A stretch of 64,000 bases of DNA from contig JBBAED010000004.1 of assembly GCA_041656115.1 (NCBI GenBank), positions 10,186 to 74,185 on the forward strand, given 5' to 3'. This document shows, piece after piece, positions 10,921-20,283 of the stretch. Position numbers and translations under genes: made by a program. Each line of letters starts with the position of its first letter. Position 1 is the first letter of the stretch. The stretch is from Dehalococcoidales bacterium (GTDB taxonomy: Bacteria > Chloroflexota > Dehalococcoidia > Dehalococcoidales > UBA5627). The notes beneath the pieces were generated by a model. That model saw only the letters and a program-made list of their open reading frames with translations. It did no database searches and had not been told where the DNA came from.

Positions 10921-12324
10921 ATGCTGTTTTCGAGTATTAGCTTCTTATATTATTTCTTGCCGGCAGTATTAGGGATTTATTTCATTACCCCTGCCAAATA
11001 TAAAAACCTTGTTTTACTGCTGGCAAGTTTGTTTTTTTATTTCTACGGGGAGCCAATCTATTCACTATTGATGGTGTTTTCGATTGCCTCCGCATACCTG
11101 CATGGCTTGTGGATGGACAAGGCTCCAACCCAAAGACATAAGAAAATAGCTTTTATTTCATCGGTATCGTTTAGTGTCGGCGCACTGCTCTTTTTTAAAT
11201 ACCATCTCTTTTTTGTTAATAACTTCAACTCGCTGTTCGGAACATCAATTGTTCCGTTAAAGCTGCTGCTGCCGATTGGAATCAGCTTTTATACATTTCA
11301 GATTTTATCTTATCTGATTGATTTGTATTTCGGGCGAATCAAAGTCCAAAAGAACCCCATCAATTTGGCAACCTATGTCGCAATGTTCCCGCAGCTGATT
11401 GCCGGCCCCATTGTGCGTTACAGCACCATTGAAGCAGGGCTTGCTCACCGCACCCACTCAATCCCGGATATCGCCTACGGAATCAACCGTTTTGTAATCG
11501 GGCTTGCCAAAAAAGTAATCCTTGCCAACACCTTGGGGGAAATCGGTGTTTTATTTAACGGTGCCGATGAGAAAAGCGTGCTCTTTTTCTGGATGGCGGC
11601 AATCGCTTTTACATTGCAAATCTACTTTGATTTTTCGGGTTACAGCGATATGGCGATTGGTCTTGGGCGTGTTTTCGGGTTCAAGTTTTTGGAAAACTTT
11701 AATTACCCCTATATTTCCAAAAGCGTCACCGAATTCTGGCGCAGGTGGCATATCTCACTGGGTTCATGGTTTAGGGATTATATTTATATTCCGATGGGCG
11801 GTAACCGCGTAAGCCTCTTAAAATGGGGGCGCAATATTTTTGTGGTATGGTTTTTAACCGGTTTTTGGCACGGGGCGGAATGGAATTTTGTCGTTTGGGG
11901 GCTCTATTTTGCGGTGTTCCTTGTGCTGGAAAAATTCTTTTTAAACAAATTGCTCGGGAAATTACCGGGCGCCATCGCGCATTTCTATTTGTTACCGGTA
12001 GTAATTATCGGCTTTGTTATTTTTAATGCCGACGGAATGGGCGAGGCACTGATTAACCTTAAAGGGATGTTCGGGCTGCTTAATGTTCCCTTCGCCAATA
12101 CCGAAACAATCTATTACCTTAAAAGTTATGGGTTTGTGTTTATATTGGCGGCTATTGCCGCAACCCCTTTATTTAAAAAGATAGCGGAGAAACTAAAGAG
12201 CTATACCTTCGGGGAAAAAACATTAAGCTTCTCCAAACCGGTGATAATGGTTGTGCTGCTTTTAATGTGTACCGGATTTCTGATTGACGGGTCGTTTAAC
12301 CCCTTCATATACTTCCGGTTTTAA
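10921..12324 (+). CDS. MBOAT-family membrane-bound O-acyltransferase (AlgI/DltB/PatA-like)
   Basis: 467 aa, more than 10 TM helices, conserved MBOAT core including WRRWHISL and FWHG. Confidence 0.85.
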   Translation: MLFSSISFLYYFLPAVLGIYFITPAKYKNLVLLLASLFFYFYGEPIYSLLMVFSIASAYLHGLWMDKAPTQRHKKIAFISSVSFSVGALLFFKYHLFFVNNFNSLFGTSIVPLKLLLPIGISFYTFQILSYLIDLYFGRIKVQKNPINLATYVAMFPQLIAGPIVRYSTIEAGLAHRTHSIPDIAYGINRFVIGLAKKVILANTLGEIGVLFNGADEKSVLFFWMAAIAFTLQIYFDFSGYSDMAIGLGRVFGFKFLENFNYPYISKSVTEFWRRWHISLGSWFRDYIYIPMGGNRVSLLKWGRNIFVVWFLTGFWHGAEWNFVVWGLYFAVFLVLEKFFLNKLLGKLPGAIAHFYLLPVVIIGFVIFNADGMGEALINLKGMFGLLNVPFANTETIYYLKSYGFVFILAAIAATPLFKKIAEKLKSYTFGEKTLSFSKPVIMVVLLLMCTGFLIDGSFNPFIYFRF

Positions 12325-12343
12325 TTGTAAATAGGAATCAAAA

Positions 12344-13447
12344 ATGAATAAAAACATTTTAAATATTATTATGATTGGTTGTTTCGTTTTAATTACGTTC
12401 GGATTTATGTTTGTTAACGTTTTTAAGCCGAACGCAGATTTTTCCTTTGCGGAGCGGCGTAAATTATTGTCCGCTCCCCAATTTTCCGGTACCACGCTTT
12501 TAAACGGCAAATACTTTGACGACTACGAAAAATATTTCTTGGATCAATTTATTTTCCGCGATAATTTCAGGGGATTTACCGCTTTTACCAAATTGTTTTT
12601 GTTAAACCAGCAGGATTACAACGATATCTATGCGGTAGACGGAAACATTTGTAAAATAGAGTATCCGCTAAGCGAAAAGGCAATCTTAAACGCGGCACAA
12701 AAGCTAAATCAGGTCTATGACCTTTACCTGCAAGGGTTAAATGTAAACTACGCGGTGATACCGGATAAAAATTATTTTATGGGGCCAAGCTACGGAGCAC
12801 CAACCATGGATTACGGGAAATTATTGGATATATTACAAAGCGATATCCGTAACATACAATACATCGATTTATTTAGCGGATTATCGATTAACGATTATTA
12901 CAAAACGGATATCCATTGGAGCCAGGATAAGATTATCGGAGTTGCCGACATTTTAATGGCGGGAATAGGAAACAGCATCCTGCCTTCGGATTTTGGTTAC
13001 ACCATTAAGGAACTGGCGCCTTTTTACGGCTCTTTGCACGGTCAAGCCGCCCTAAATCTGCCCGCCGAAACGCTTTTCTATCTTACAAACGCGATGCTGG
13101 AGGAAGCGGTTGTTTTTGATTACGAAACAATGAAAAAGAGCTCAATCTACGTAACGGATTTATTCGAGGGGATTGATCCGTACGATGTGTTCCTTTCGGG
13201 GGCAAAGGCATTGTTAACAATCGAAAATCCGAACGCGACTACTGACAAGGAGCTGATTTTGTTCCGCGACTCGTTCGGCAGCAGTATCGCTCCGTTGCTT
13301 GCTTGCGGTTATTCCAAAATTACACTGGTTGATTTGCGCTACATAACTACCGATTTACTGGGAAATTATATCGATTTTTCCGCGGCTGACGATGTTTTAT
13401 TTTTATACAGCACTCAAATTTTAAATAACAGTTTTATGTTAAGATAA
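12344..13447 (+). CDS. AlgJ/AlgX/DltD-like (DHHW-type) SGNH-fold partner of the MBOAT
   Basis: 367 aa, N-terminal TM anchor, TDIHWS motif resembling the DxHW motif of AlgJ/DHHW proteins. It is translationally coupled to the MBOAT gene (19-nt gap). Confidence 0.55.
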   Translation: MNKNILNIIMIGCFVLITFGFMFVNVFKPNADFSFAERRKLLSAPQFSGTTLLNGKYFDDYEKYFLDQFIFRDNFRGFTAFTKLFLLNQQDYNDIYAVDGNICKIEYPLSEKAILNAAQKLNQVYDLYLQGLNVNYAVIPDKNYFMGPSYGAPTMDYGKLLDILQSDIRNIQYIDLFSGLSINDYYKTDIHWSQDKIIGVADILMAGIGNSILPSDFGYTIKELAPFYGSLHGQAALNLPAETLFYLTNAMLEEAVVFDYETMKKSSIYVTDLFEGIDPYDVFLSGAKALLTIENPNATTDKELILFRDSFGSSIAPLLACGYSKITLVDLRYITTDLLGNYIDFSAADDVLFLYSTQILNNSFMLR

Positions 13448-13575
13448 AAATAAGAGTTAGCGAATTCGGGTTTATTTTTTGCAAACAAACGGGAATTGCG
13501 ATTGCACATCTGGCAAGAAAACGGAAAAAGCATTATAATAGCCCGTAACGATAACCGAGATTAAAGGAGCGGGAC

Positions 13576-13731
13576 ATGTTCGAACTAACCCCACCTCTGA
13601 TTATAATTGCCGGAATAATATGTGTCCTGTTAGGGGTAGTCGCAATGGTCTGGCCCAAAAAAGGCGTTTACGTCTTGGCATCTTGGCTGATTATTGTGGG
13701 GGTTTTGGCAATAATTTATTCACTGGAGTAG
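13576..13731 (+). CDS. small two-TM membrane protein (51 aa), paralogue of 46221..46352
   Basis: RBS AAAGGAGCGGGAC then ATG. It shares a hydrophobic-VWPK-hydrophobic architecture with the ORF at 46221. Confidence 0.45.
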   Translation: MFELTPPLIIIAGIICVLLGVVAMVWPKKGVYVLASWLIIVGVLAIIYSLE

Positions 13732-13735
13732 TGTT

Positions 13736-14143
13736 ATGTATTATTTTGCTTATGCAACCAATTTGAATAAGCAGCAAATAGCGCTTATTTCCCCCCAAAT
13801 CCGCCCCTTATACACCGCGACGTTACATAATTACCGTTTAGTTTTTACCGGCTGGACGCGCCAGTGGCGCGGCGGTACGGCTACAATCAAGCGTTCCGAC
13901 AGAGATAAGGTTTTTGGCGCAATTTATGATGTCCCCGAAGAAGATTGGAGAAAACTCGACCGGGCCGAGAATTGCCCCGGTGAATACGAGCGAATCAGGG
14001 TTATTGTCAATAACGAAGACGGGGACGCAACGGAAGCCGTAACCTATATTAAAAAAGACTTGGTGCGGGCGGAGGAATCCAAACCGTCTCCGGAATACCT
14101 TGCGCTGATACAGCAGGGTTATAAAGACTGGCGGCTTGTCTAA
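13736..14143 (+). CDS. gamma-glutamylcyclotransferase-like (AIG2/GGACT family) protein
   Basis: 135 aa with N-terminal YFAYATNL (YFAYGSNL-type motif) and the catalytic Glu region characteristic of GGCT-fold enzymes. Confidence 0.7.
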   Translation: MYYFAYATNLNKQQIALISPQIRPLYTATLHNYRLVFTGWTRQWRGGTATIKRSDRDKVFGAIYDVPEEDWRKLDRAENCPGEYERIRVIVNNEDGDATEAVTYIKKDLVRAEESKPSPEYLALIQQGYKDWRLV

Positions 14144-14337
14144 CCCAACCCAAGTTTCACGGGTAATAAGCTGAGTTTCCCGTTTAAAGAATTTGATTGG
14201 ATTTAAACCGATTTTATACGATAAATTGACATAATATTAACACTTTTCTCGATTACCGATTGCTTTTAAGTGTGATTCCTGTTTTAATTGTTAGCGACGT
14301 AAATAATGTAAATAGTATAATAAAAAGGAGAAATGAT

Positions 14338-15000
14338 ATGAGTGATATAAAATTAAAAGCGTCAAAAAGAACCGTTTTTGGTAAACGAACAAGATATTTA
14401 CGCAGGCAAGGAGTTACCCCCACACATGTTTTTGGGAACGGAATTAAATCCCTTGCCCTACAATGCGATAACGACGAACTCAAGAAATTGATTACACGTG
14501 TCGGGGTCACCCGCTTGATTGACCTTCAAATAGAAAAAGAAAGAAAACCGCGCCACGTTTTTATTCGTGAGATTCAACGCGATGTTCTGAGCGGAGAATT
14601 GTTGCACGTTGATTTTTACCAGGTGGATAAGACGGAAAAAATGACCGCCGAAATCCCCATTATCCTTAGCGGCGAATCACCGGCTCTTAAAACGAAAACG
14701 AATATTATTGAACAACTGATTAACAGTATCCAGGTTGAGGCTTTCCCCGCCGAAATGCCGCCGCATATAGAGATTGATATCAGCAATTTAGCTCAAGACG
14801 GAGACTCTGTTTATGTAAAGGATATCGTCTTTGAAGATGATGTTGCAACGACAGCCGACCCCGAACAGCTAATCGCCAAAATCACCAAGATTAAAGCCAT
14901 AGCTGAAGAGGAAGTTGAAGTAACGGCAGCCGAAGACGCGGAAACCGTTAGCACACCGGACTCTGAAGCAACAGATGAAACGGAACCTGCTGCGGAATAA
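14338..15000 (+). CDS. rplY: 50S ribosomal protein L25 / general stress protein Ctc
   Basis: RBS AAAGGAGA. MSDIKLKASKRTVFGKRTRYLRRQGVTP is typical of L25/Ctc. Acidic C-terminal tail. Confidence 0.85.
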   Translation: MSDIKLKASKRTVFGKRTRYLRRQGVTPTHVFGNGIKSLALQCDNDELKKLITRVGVTRLIDLQIEKERKPRHVFIREIQRDVLSGELLHVDFYQVDKTEKMTAEIPIILSGESPALKTKTNIIEQLINSIQVEAFPAEMPPHIEIDISNLAQDGDSVYVKDIVFEDDVATTADPEQLIAKITKIKAIAEEEVEVTAAEDAETVSTPDSEATDETEPAAE

Positions 15001-15029
15001 TTAATTTTTAAAGGTAATTCTTTAAAACT

Positions 15030-15953
15030 ATGCAAAATAACGGCAAAGGAACGGCTGTAGCCGTACAAGTAAATAATATTTATAAGACGTACGGCAAAAA
15101 AACAGTGGTTTCCGATGTTTCTTTTTCCGTTGAAAAAGGCGAGATTTTTGGTCTTATCGGCCCTAACGGCGCCGGTAAGACCACTTCTATCCGTATGATG
15201 ATGGATATTATCAAACCGGATTCGGGCGAGGTTTACATTCTCGGTGAAAAGTTCCGCGAAGAAACCAAAAACAAAATCGGCTATCTCCCCGAAGAAAGGG
15301 GTTTGTATAAAAAACAAACCGTTACGGAAACCTTAAAATATATGGCGTCGCTTAAAGGCAATGCCGTATCCGATAAACGCATCGAAGAAATGCTAAACCG
15401 TGTCGGAATGCTCCCTCACAAAAACAAAAAAATCGAGGAAATGAGCCGCGGCATGGGGCAGCTTATTCAGTTTTTGGTAACCGTGATTCACAACCCGGCC
15501 TTGATAATTTTAGACGAACCGTTTTCGGGGTTGGATCCGGTTAACACCGAAATTCTGAAAGGGTTGATTTTAGAACTCAAAGAGGAAGGCAAATCAATCA
15601 TTTTCAGTACGCATCAGATGAGCCAGGTTGAAGAACTTTGCGACCGCCTTTTTATGATTAACAAAGGGGCTGAGGTTCTTTACGGTAACTTAAATGAAAT
15701 CAAGCGCAAATACCGCGCCAACTCTGTTTTTATTGCTTACGAAGGGGAAGCCGGTACCTTAAAAGGGGTCACCGAAAGCCGCCAAAAAGACGGCTACACC
15801 GAATTTTTCCTTGATTCAAAAACGCTACCGCAAGATTTGCTGCAACAACTGCTTGATAAAAAAGTAATGGTAACCCGCTTTGAAGTCGGGACGCCGAGCC
15901 TGCATGAAATCTTTATCCGCATAGCAGGAGCGAACGGAGACGGCAATGGGTAA
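15030..15953 (+). CDS. ABC transporter ATP-binding protein (ABC-2 type)
   Basis: Walker A GPNGAGKTT, signature MSRGMGQ, Walker B IILDEPFSGLD. Confidence 0.85.
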   Translation: MQNNGKGTAVAVQVNNIYKTYGKKTVVSDVSFSVEKGEIFGLIGPNGAGKTTSIRMMMDIIKPDSGEVYILGEKFREETKNKIGYLPEERGLYKKQTVTETLKYMASLKGNAVSDKRIEEMLNRVGMLPHKNKKIEEMSRGMGQLIQFLVTVIHNPALIILDEPFSGLDPVNTEILKGLILELKEEGKSIIFSTHQMSQVEELCDRLFMINKGAEVLYGNLNEIKRKYRANSVFIAYEGEAGTLKGVTESRQKDGYTEFFLDSKTLPQDLLQQLLDKKVMVTRFEVGTPSLHEIFIRIAGANGDGNG

Positions 15954-17160
15954 AATAAAAACCATTTTCAAGCGCGAACTGTTAAACACCGTAAAAAGGA
16001 AATCGTTTATTTTGGTTACGGTTGCTTTCCCGCTGTTGGGGCTTTTGGTAATCGGCGGGATTGGCTTTTTCCAGAGCGCCGAAGAAGGCCCCGTTAATGA
16101 TATCAGAATCGGTTATGTCGATGAGCCGGGGGATTTTAACGGTAATTTAACATACGGCAACGTAACGCTTGTTCCGCAGGAAGATTGGCAAAGCGCTTTT
16201 GATAATATGTCAAACGGTTTAATCAGCCAATTTTTTGTTATTCCCCGGGATTACATGGCTAACGGCAATATATTAAGATATACCTTTTCCAGAGAAGTCG
16301 ATGTCCCTTACGAAGTTTACAACACTATTGAAATGTTTCTGCTTAATAACATTCTGGAAGGGAAAGTCGATAGCAGCATCGCCAACCGAGTGGCTTACCC
16401 CCTTTTCCTAAGTAACTTTACTCTTTCATCCGGTGGTGAGGTTTCCGACCAGCAAGGCGGATTTGCCTCGGTTATTATCCCTTATATTTTCAGCTTATTA
16501 TTAGTTATGGCAATCTTTACTTCTTCCGGCTTTTTACTCCAAGGGCTGGGGGAGGAAAAAGAAAACAGGGTAATGGAAATCTTATTATCCTCGGTTTCGT
16601 CAACACAGCTTATTACCGGTAAAGTGCTCGGGTTGGGGTGTGCCGGGCTGATTCAGATTGGGGTCTGGCTTGTTTCCGCCAGAATCCTTGCCGATATGGC
16701 CTCGACTTCAATCGGCGGGATATTAAGCGGGCTCTCAATTCCAACCGATTATTTGATTGTCAGCCTTATTTATTTTGTGACGGGTTATCTTTTATTTGCC
16801 ATCATTATGGCCGGTGCCGGTTCCATCGGCGCTACCGCCCGTGAAAGCCAACAATTTTCGACAATCTTTACCCTTATGGCAGTAGTCCCGTTTTTCTTTA
16901 TGATTCAGATTCTGGAGTCACCGGCGGGCGCTTTAGCACAATTCCTCACCTTCTTCCCAATAACCGCCCCAATAACGGTTATAATGCGAATGGCGGTTAT
17001 TGATATCCCGATCTGGGAACTGGGCGTAAGCATTGCAATTATGGTCGCTGCCATTTTTGGCTCAATTTTGCTGGCCGCCAAGATATTCCGCACATTCCTT
17101 TTGATGCACGGCAAAACACCGAAACTGGGTGAAATTATAAAGACGTTAAGACAGGCCTAA
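15946..17160 (+). CDS. ABC-2 family transporter permease
   Basis: 404 aa. N-terminal TM helix, large extracytoplasmic loop, C-terminal cluster of 5 TM helices. Overlaps the ATPase gene by 8 nt (translational coupling). Confidence 0.75.
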   Translation: MGKIKTIFKRELLNTVKRKSFILVTVAFPLLGLLVIGGIGFFQSAEEGPVNDIRIGYVDEPGDFNGNLTYGNVTLVPQEDWQSAFDNMSNGLISQFFVIPRDYMANGNILRYTFSREVDVPYEVYNTIEMFLLNNILEGKVDSSIANRVAYPLFLSNFTLSSGGEVSDQQGGFASVIIPYIFSLLLVMAIFTSSGFLLQGLGEEKENRVMEILLSSVSSTQLITGKVLGLGCAGLIQIGVWLVSARILADMASTSIGGILSGLSIPTDYLIVSLIYFVTGYLLFAIIMAGAGSIGATARESQQFSTIFTLMAVVPFFFMIQILESPAGALAQFLTFFPITAPITVIMRMAVIDIPIWELGVSIAIMVAAIFGSILLAAKIFRTFLLMHGKTPKLGEIIKTLRQA

Positions 17161-17233
17161 CAAAACAGACGGGCGGACAATTCGAAAACAGGGATTGTGC
17201 TTCAACCCCCGTTCTGTTATTATCATCTCAATT

Positions 17234-18076
17234 ATGATTATTGATTTTCATACGCATATATTCCCGCCGCAGATAATAAATAACCGCGATTATTACGGTC
17301 AAACCGACCACTGCTTCGGCACGCTCTACAGTAACCCGAAAGCAAAACTGATTACCGCCGAAGAGCTTATCGCAAGCATGGACGATTGCAAGGTGGATAT
17401 CTCGGTGGTGCAAAATATAGGCTGGACAACCCATGAACTTTGTGTTGAAACCAATAATTATATTCTCGAATCAATCCAAAAATACCCCGACAGGCTAATC
17501 GGTTTTTGCAGTGTCCAGCCCTTGTCAATGGGGGAGGCAATCGAAGAAATCAACCGTTGTGCCGCCGGTGGTATGCGCGGGGTGGGGGAATTAAGACCGG
17601 ATGTCCAAATGCTGGATATCGCCGACAAAGACTTTACACAACCCCTTGCGGATGCGCTGGTTAAAAACAATATGATTCTGCTTACCCACAGCTCCGAGCC
17701 GGTCGGGCACCAATACGCGGGGAAGGGAACCGTAACGCCGCATATGCTTTATTCTTTGATTTACAACCACCCCGAACTGACAATTGTCTGCGCCCATTGG
17801 GGAGGGGGGTTACCTTTTTATGCGCTGATGCCCGAGGTTGAAATTGCAATGGAAAACGTTTATTTTGATTCGGCCGCTTCACCTTTTCTTTACAAACCGG
17901 CAATCTATAAACAGGTTAGCGCAATTATCGGGGAGGATAAAATCCTTTTCGGGAGTGATTATCCCTTAATGCCCCAATCCCGTGTTATCAAAGAAATACT
18001 TTTAGAGGATTTACCGGATATTACAAAAATGAAAATACTCGGAGAAAACGCGCGTAATCTGCTAAGGATTAACTAA
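17234..18076 (+). CDS. amidohydrolase-2 family metal-dependent hydrolase (TIM barrel)
   Basis: N-terminal IIDFHTHIFPP (metal-binding HxH) and a later HWGGG motif. The start is taken at the Met preceding IDFHTH. Confidence 0.7.
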   Translation: MIIDFHTHIFPPQIINNRDYYGQTDHCFGTLYSNPKAKLITAEELIASMDDCKVDISVVQNIGWTTHELCVETNNYILESIQKYPDRLIGFCSVQPLSMGEAIEEINRCAAGGMRGVGELRPDVQMLDIADKDFTQPLADALVKNNMILLTHSSEPVGHQYAGKGTVTPHMLYSLIYNHPELTIVCAHWGGGLPFYALMPEVEIAMENVYFDSAASPFLYKPAIYKQVSAIIGEDKILFGSDYPLMPQSRVIKEILLEDLPDITKMKILGENARNLLRIN

Positions 18077-18077
18077 T

Positions 18078-18671
18078 TTGGAAATAATACGTGCCTTTAT
18101 TGCCATTGAACTCCCGCAAAGCCTAAAAGAAGAACTTGCTAAATTACAGGAGAAACTAAAAGCAAACACCTCGTGCGTCAAATGGGTTTCACCTGACAGC
18201 ATTCACTTGACCCTAAAATTTCTTGGTGATATCGAAAAAACAAACGTAAACCTAATCGCAAGTGCGATGGACGAAGCCGCAAGAAAAATAAGCCCCTTTA
18301 GTTTATGCGTTGGGGAGCTGGGAGCATTCCCCAACAGCCGGAGGATACAGGTAGTCTGGGTGGGGCTGGAAGGAGCCTCGGACACCCTGGACAAACTCTA
18401 CCTCAGCCTTGAATCCGAGGCAGAAAAAATCGGTTTCCCGCCTGAAAAAAAGGCCTTTAAACCGCATTTAACGCTGGGGCGCATTGGCATGCACGTATCT
18501 GAGAGTGAACGCCAAAAATTCGGTGAGCTTGTTCAAAAAAGCAGCGCTAACATCAGTTACACATTTGAGGCAGCCGATATCAGCCTAATGCAAAGCACGC
18601 TGACACCGCAGGGCGCAATTTATAACAGGCTACATAAAGCAAACTTTACGGGCGCTGATTACAATCGTTAG
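18078..18671 (+). CDS. thpR: RNA 2',3'-cyclic phosphodiesterase (2H phosphoesterase, LigT/ThpR)
   Basis: Two H-x-T/S-x motifs (HLTLKFLG and HLTLGRIG) ~80 aa apart, the LigT hallmark. TTG start. Confidence 0.75.
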   Translation: MEIIRAFIAIELPQSLKEELAKLQEKLKANTSCVKWVSPDSIHLTLKFLGDIEKTNVNLIASAMDEAARKISPFSLCVGELGAFPNSRRIQVVWVGLEGASDTLDKLYLSLESEAEKIGFPPEKKAFKPHLTLGRIGMHVSESERQKFGELVQKSSANISYTFEAADISLMQSTLTPQGAIYNRLHKANFTGADYNR

Positions 18672-18737
18672 CCCATCGTTAACCTTGTAAAAAAATTATT
18701 AACTGATGTATACTCTTAGCAATAAATTGGCCGGGAG

Positions 18738-18959
18738 GTGGATTTCGTGGAACAATTCAACTATCCAAAATGTCAAAAATGCGCTAACGGAAATTTAGTA
18801 CCCCTTTCTGATTTCGGCGGACAAGGTGCATCCATTACCTACAAAGCATGGGTCTGCACCAATCCCGATTGCGGTTACAATCTGAAAATCAGAAACGGGG
18901 ATATTTATATTAACGAACCGATCTTCAGCGGTGCTAACAGCCGCTCACGACAAGGTTAA
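18738..18959 (+). CDS. hypothetical small zinc-ribbon protein
   Basis: 73 aa, GTG start with RBS GGGAGGTGG, two Cys pairs (CQKC … CTNPDC). Confidence 0.4.
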   Translation: MDFVEQFNYPKCQKCANGNLVPLSDFGGQGASITYKAWVCTNPDCGYNLKIRNGDIYINEPIFSGANSRSRQG

Positions 18960-18991
18960 TTATAAAACCAACCGCAAATCAAAATTTTCAA

Positions 18992-19699
18992 ATGTTACCT
19001 ATCTTAGGCAAATTCAAACGGATAGCGCTGGATTTGCTGTTCCCTTTGCGCTGTATTGAATGCGGTAAAGAAGGTAATCTGATATGCCAGGATTGCCGCG
19101 CCCAACTGCAATGGATATCGGCGCCGGTATGCTCCTTTTGCGGTGTTGACAAACCCATTGACAAACCTTGTACAAGCTGCCCGACATTCAAACCGGTTAT
19201 CGACGGGGTTCGCGCCCCGCTGCGCTACGAAGGCATTATTCGTTCCGCCGTGCATCAATTAAAATACCGCAACCTTAGGGCCATTGCCATCCCTTTGGCA
19301 TCCGTAATGGCGGATTACCTTGCAAAAAATCCTTTGCCCTATGACATTATTATGCCTGTACCCTTGCACTTCAAAAAACTGCGCGAACGCGGCTATAATC
19401 AATCCGAGTTACTGGCTAAGGAAATTGGAAAAATTACGAGTTTGCCGGTTAATACAAAATGTCTTATTCGCATTAGACAGACCCCTGCACAAGCCATGAC
19501 AAAAGGGAGAGATGAAAGGTATGTTAACCTTACCGATGCCTTTTCTTGTCTTAATAACGACACAGTGGGGAAAAGAGTACTGTTGATTGATGATGTGGCA
19601 ACGTCTTGTGCAACTTTGGATGCCTGCGCACAAGCGCTAAAGTCAGCAGGTGCCGTTTCCGTTTGGGGTTTTACACTGGCCAGAGATATCCGCAAATAA
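18992..19699 (+). CDS. comF: ComF-family protein (double zinc ribbon + phosphoribosyltransferase domain)
   Basis: N-terminal CIECG…CQDC…CSFCG…CTSC followed by the PRTase motif LLIDDVATSCATL. Confidence 0.8.
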   Translation: MLPILGKFKRIALDLLFPLRCIECGKEGNLICQDCRAQLQWISAPVCSFCGVDKPIDKPCTSCPTFKPVIDGVRAPLRYEGIIRSAVHQLKYRNLRAIAIPLASVMADYLAKNPLPYDIIMPVPLHFKKLRERGYNQSELLAKEIGKITSLPVNTKCLIRIRQTPAQAMTKGRDERYVNLTDAFSCLNNDTVGKRVLLIDDVATSCATLDACAQALKSAGAVSVWGFTLARDIRK

Positions 19700-19860
19700 T
19701 AATGCCTTAAAACCGGCACGGCCACCTCCTCAGAATAGCCCCGGAGGCTTTGTAATTCAAAATAAGCCAAGGGCTAATGTGATAAGTGGGGAAACAACAC
19801 AACAGATATCGAATCGCCGTAAAACGCATTTAAGCCCGCATTCCAACTGAACCGTTCTGT

Positions 19861-20256
19861 TTAGGAAACGTTAATATTAAAAACAGCTTTATTATCCGCT
19901 TCACCGCCAATGGCCCGCTGATAATTCAAGGTGATTTTAAAAACACCTTCTTTTAAGGCCTTAAAGCGGAGATATTGCGTTCCGCCGGCACCGAGTACCA
20001 TTCCGTCTGTTGGATCTTGTTCGTAGTTATCGGCAACCAGTTCGAATTCCGCATTTTGATAAACAGGCATCCACGAATAACCGGTGGTCGGGTTGGAATC
20101 AAGGGCAATCACAAATTCACCGTTTACTTTTACTTCTATCGTATCGCCGGTATTAGTGTACGTTTTGATATTTTCTCCGCCGCAGCCGACCGCTGCCGCT
20201 AAAAACGCCGCTATTAAAGTAACCATCACCAGTATCCTCTTCATTTCGTTTACCAA
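19861..20256 (-). CDS. chagasin-family (MEROPS I42) peptidase-inhibitor lipoprotein
   Basis: Signal peptide plus lipobox (AAVGCGG), the conserved chagasin motif NPTTGYSW and an Ig-like beta-sandwich length. Confidence 0.7.
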   Translation of the reverse strand: MVNEMKRILVMVTLIAAFLAAAVGCGGENIKTYTNTGDTIEVKVNGEFVIALDSNPTTGYSWMPVYQNAEFELVADNYEQDPTDGMVLGAGGTQYLRFKALKEGVFKITLNYQRAIGGEADNKAVFNINVS

Positions 20257-20283
20257 CCTTTCCGGTAAGGCAATTTTTAAAAA

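Noticed and set aside
14253-14510. 85-aa minus-strand ORF upstream of and overlapping rplY.
   Set aside because: Overlaps the L25 start region, AT-rich low-complexity translation, no RBS.
18203-18394. Short ORFs antisense within thpR and the amidohydrolase gene (17228..17903 minus-strand set).
   Set aside because: Embedded antisense in better-supported genes.
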